The notes under the pieces are model-generated. The model did no database searches, had not been told where the DNA came from, and saw nothing but the letters and a program-made list of their open reading frames with translations. Below are positions 44,317 to 46,184 of a stretch of DNA of 46,184 nucleotides, in pieces (position 1 is the first letter of the stretch; each line of letters starts with the position of its first letter). A program made the translations under genes and the position numbers. This stretch comes from an uncultured Bacilli bacterium (GTDB lineage Bacteria > Bacillota_I > Bacilli_A > RF39 > UBA660), in contig CANRBR010000002.1 of the NCBI GenBank assembly GCA_947628915.1, positions 1-46,184 of the forward strand. Reading direction: 5' to 3'.

Positions 44317-46143
44317 TTAATTTACATATGTATAATCTTGTGTTTGAGTTCCATTTAGTAAGTTTGTATCTAATGTCCATTTACCAGTTGTTACTTTAAC
44401 TTCTTTTAAATTGGTACAACCTTGGAATAAACACCTTGTAACTGTTATATTTTTTGTGTCAAAACTTGTTAAATCTAGTTCTGTTAAACTACTACAGCCC
44501 GAAAACATTCCAGCATTAGCATCATCTCTACCAAGTGCAGTTACATTTTCTAATGTGAAATTAGGTCCGAACTTTATACTTTTTAAACTTGTACAGTTTT
44601 GAAAGAAACCTCCATTCCAAGAAATTATAGCTGTTTTTTGTCTCATATCAAAATAGGTTAAATCTAAAGTTTCTAAACTGCTGCAGCCTGCAAACATTCC
44701 TCCAAAATTAGTTACATTACTCGTGACAAAATTTTCACCAAATTTTATTGATTTCAAATTTGTACAACCCATGAACATTCCACCATTCCAATCTCCCATT
44801 GCTGTTACTTTTAAAGTGTTAAAACTACTTAAGTCTAATGAAGTTAAACTACTACATCCGTGAAACATATTTGACATATTTGTTACTTTACCTGTATCCC
44901 ATTTGCTTAAATTTAAGTATTTTAAACTACTACAACTTTCAAACATACGATGCATATTCCCTACTTGTGATGTATCAAAACCACTTAAATCAAGGCTTGT
45001 CAAACTACTACAGCCTGAAAACATAATTTCCATAGTTGTTACTTTACTCGTATTGAAATTACTTATATCTAATTTTTCTAAACTACTACATCCTTGAAAC
45101 ATACGATTCATATTTCCTACTTGCAATGTATTAAAACCACTTAAATCAAGACTTATCAAACTGCTACAATTATAAAACATATGGCCCATGTTTGTTACAT
45201 TTGATGTATCAAAGACTTCTAACCCTTTTATTTCTTCTAAATTGGTGCATCCTGAAAACATTCCTGACACAGTAGAATAAGTACCTCCCATAATTTTTAC
45301 TTTCGATGTATCTAATCCTATTAAATTAAGAACTTTTAATACTTGGCAATTGGCAAACATGATCTCCATATTTGTTACATTTGATGTATCTATTAAATTT
45401 AATTCTATTTCTTCTACTCCTTGAAAATTATAAAACAAATATGCAAGGCTATTAGGACAACTTATATATCCATCACTGTATACATATATTGTTTGACTAC
45501 TTTCATCATAATATCCCTTTATACTGTTATCATTCTTTTCAGATAAATCTGTCGATTTTAATAATTGTAATTGCTCTTTTGTGTATCCCTCTGGTAATAC
45601 ACTATCTTGTAAGAATGTTATCTTTTTTACTGTTGTATCTGCTACATCTTTATAGTTTGTTTTATCCCCTAATTCATCATCAACTAAGGTCTTTATTCTT
45701 ATATTAAATGTTTCACCATTAACAAGTGTACTTTCATTTAAATTTTTAAGTATCGTTATTTCTTCCCCGTTTACTCTTGCATAGTAATCATCTATCATTC
45801 CTTTTAATACTCGCTTTACTTTACTATTTTCTATTAATAGTAATCCACTTCTTAGTCCATGTCCTTCAGAAGCAATATAGATTTCAGTGTCTCCTAGTAC
45901 TATCTTTTTACCATCATCTGCTATTGTATATAGTCCATCCTTAACATTATTAAATACTTCTTCATTCATTAATGATGTATTTACTGCTCTTATATATTCA
46001 CTTGTACTTATCTTTAATGACTTTATCTTAGACTGTTCTATTAAATTTAATATTTGGGGTACTGCTATTAATGCGATAAATGCTAGTATTAATAATACTG
46101 CTAATAACTCTATAAGGGTAAATCCTTCATTCTTCATAAACAA
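44317..46143 (-). CDS. Prepilin-type N-terminal domain fused to BspA/DUF285-type leucine-rich repeats (surface protein)
   Basis: 608-aa ORF. The N-terminus MKNEGFTLIELLAVLLILAFIALIAVP is a class III (prepilin peptidase) signal. The C-terminal half has ~10 repeats of ~25 aa, such as LDLSGFDTSQVGNMHRMFESCSSLKYLNLSKWDTGKVTNMSNMFHGCSSLTSL. Confidence 0.8.
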   Translation of the reverse strand: MFMKNEGFTLIELLAVLLILAFIALIAVPQILNLIEQSKIKSLKISTSEYIRAVNTSLMNEEVFNNVKDGLYTIADDGKKIVLGDTEIYIASEGHGLRSGLLLIENSKVKRVLKGMIDDYYARVNGEEITILKNLNESTLVNGETFNIRIKTLVDDELGDKTNYKDVADTTVKKITFLQDSVLPEGYTKEQLQLLKSTDLSEKNDNSIKGYYDESSQTIYVYSDGYISCPNSLAYLFYNFQGVEEIELNLIDTSNVTNMEIMFANCQVLKVLNLIGLDTSKVKIMGGTYSTVSGMFSGCTNLEEIKGLEVFDTSNVTNMGHMFYNCSSLISLDLSGFNTLQVGNMNRMFQGCSSLEKLDISNFNTSKVTTMEIMFSGCSSLTSLDLSGFDTSQVGNMHRMFESCSSLKYLNLSKWDTGKVTNMSNMFHGCSSLTSLDLSSFNTLKVTAMGDWNGGMFMGCTNLKSIKFGENFVTSNVTNFGGMFAGCSSLETLDLTYFDMRQKTAIISWNGGFFQNCTSLKSIKFGPNFTLENVTALGRDDANAGMFSGCSSLTELDLTSFDTKNITVTRCLFQGCTNLKEVKVTTGKWTLDTNLLNGTQTQDYTYVN

Positions 46144-46174
46144 TCACCTATCTTCTATCATTATTTTATCACTA

Positions 46175-46184
46175 CCCCCCCCCC
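46175..46184. other. Terminal poly-C run (10 nt), probably an assembly or sequencing artefact
   Basis: A C10 homopolymer at the very end of the window in a ~28% GC context. Confidence 0.8.

Noticed and set aside
46175-46184. The C10 run at the window end.
   Set aside because: A homopolymer at a contig terminus in a ~28% GC genome is almost certainly an assembly or sequencing artefact, not biology.

Overview
Chromosomal segment of a low-GC, endospore-forming Bacillota genome. Almost all genes lie on the minus strand. I found no rRNA, tRNA, CRISPR array, transposase or integrase. Right to left: a prepilin-signal/BspA-LRR surface protein; a complete S10-spc-alpha ribosomal cluster (rpsJ to rplQ, 44119..30044, with rpmJ but no rpmD); an agr-type quorum-sensing locus (agrB, agrD, AgrC-like kinase, LytTR regulator); csp, hpf and secA; a KilA-N mini-island; trpS; rplM-rpsI; a DUF3800 island; S-box-controlled metK with RNA-modification genes; cwlD and dacB-spmA-spmB-rluB; a DinJ-Nudix/MazG/acidic-protein operon; spoVG-yabP-yabQ-divIC; lemA, gerQ, pduL and a U32 pair. 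Best novelty candidates: (1) the orphan DUF3800 gene at 16280..16975, which has no canonical start codon, followed by a ~130-nt structured RNA with its own consensus promoter and terminator. This RNA carries repeated GUGUUA motifs complementary to the DUF3800 initiation region. (2) A three-gene operon at 6440..7813 whose first product fuses a DinJ/RelB ribbon-helix-helix domain to a Nudix domain with a degenerate catalytic box, with no cognate toxin. Lesser items include a diverged copy of the secA 3' end, a new AgrD peptide and ribosomal-protein extensions. All calls rest on reading the sequence and on family recall. No searches were run.
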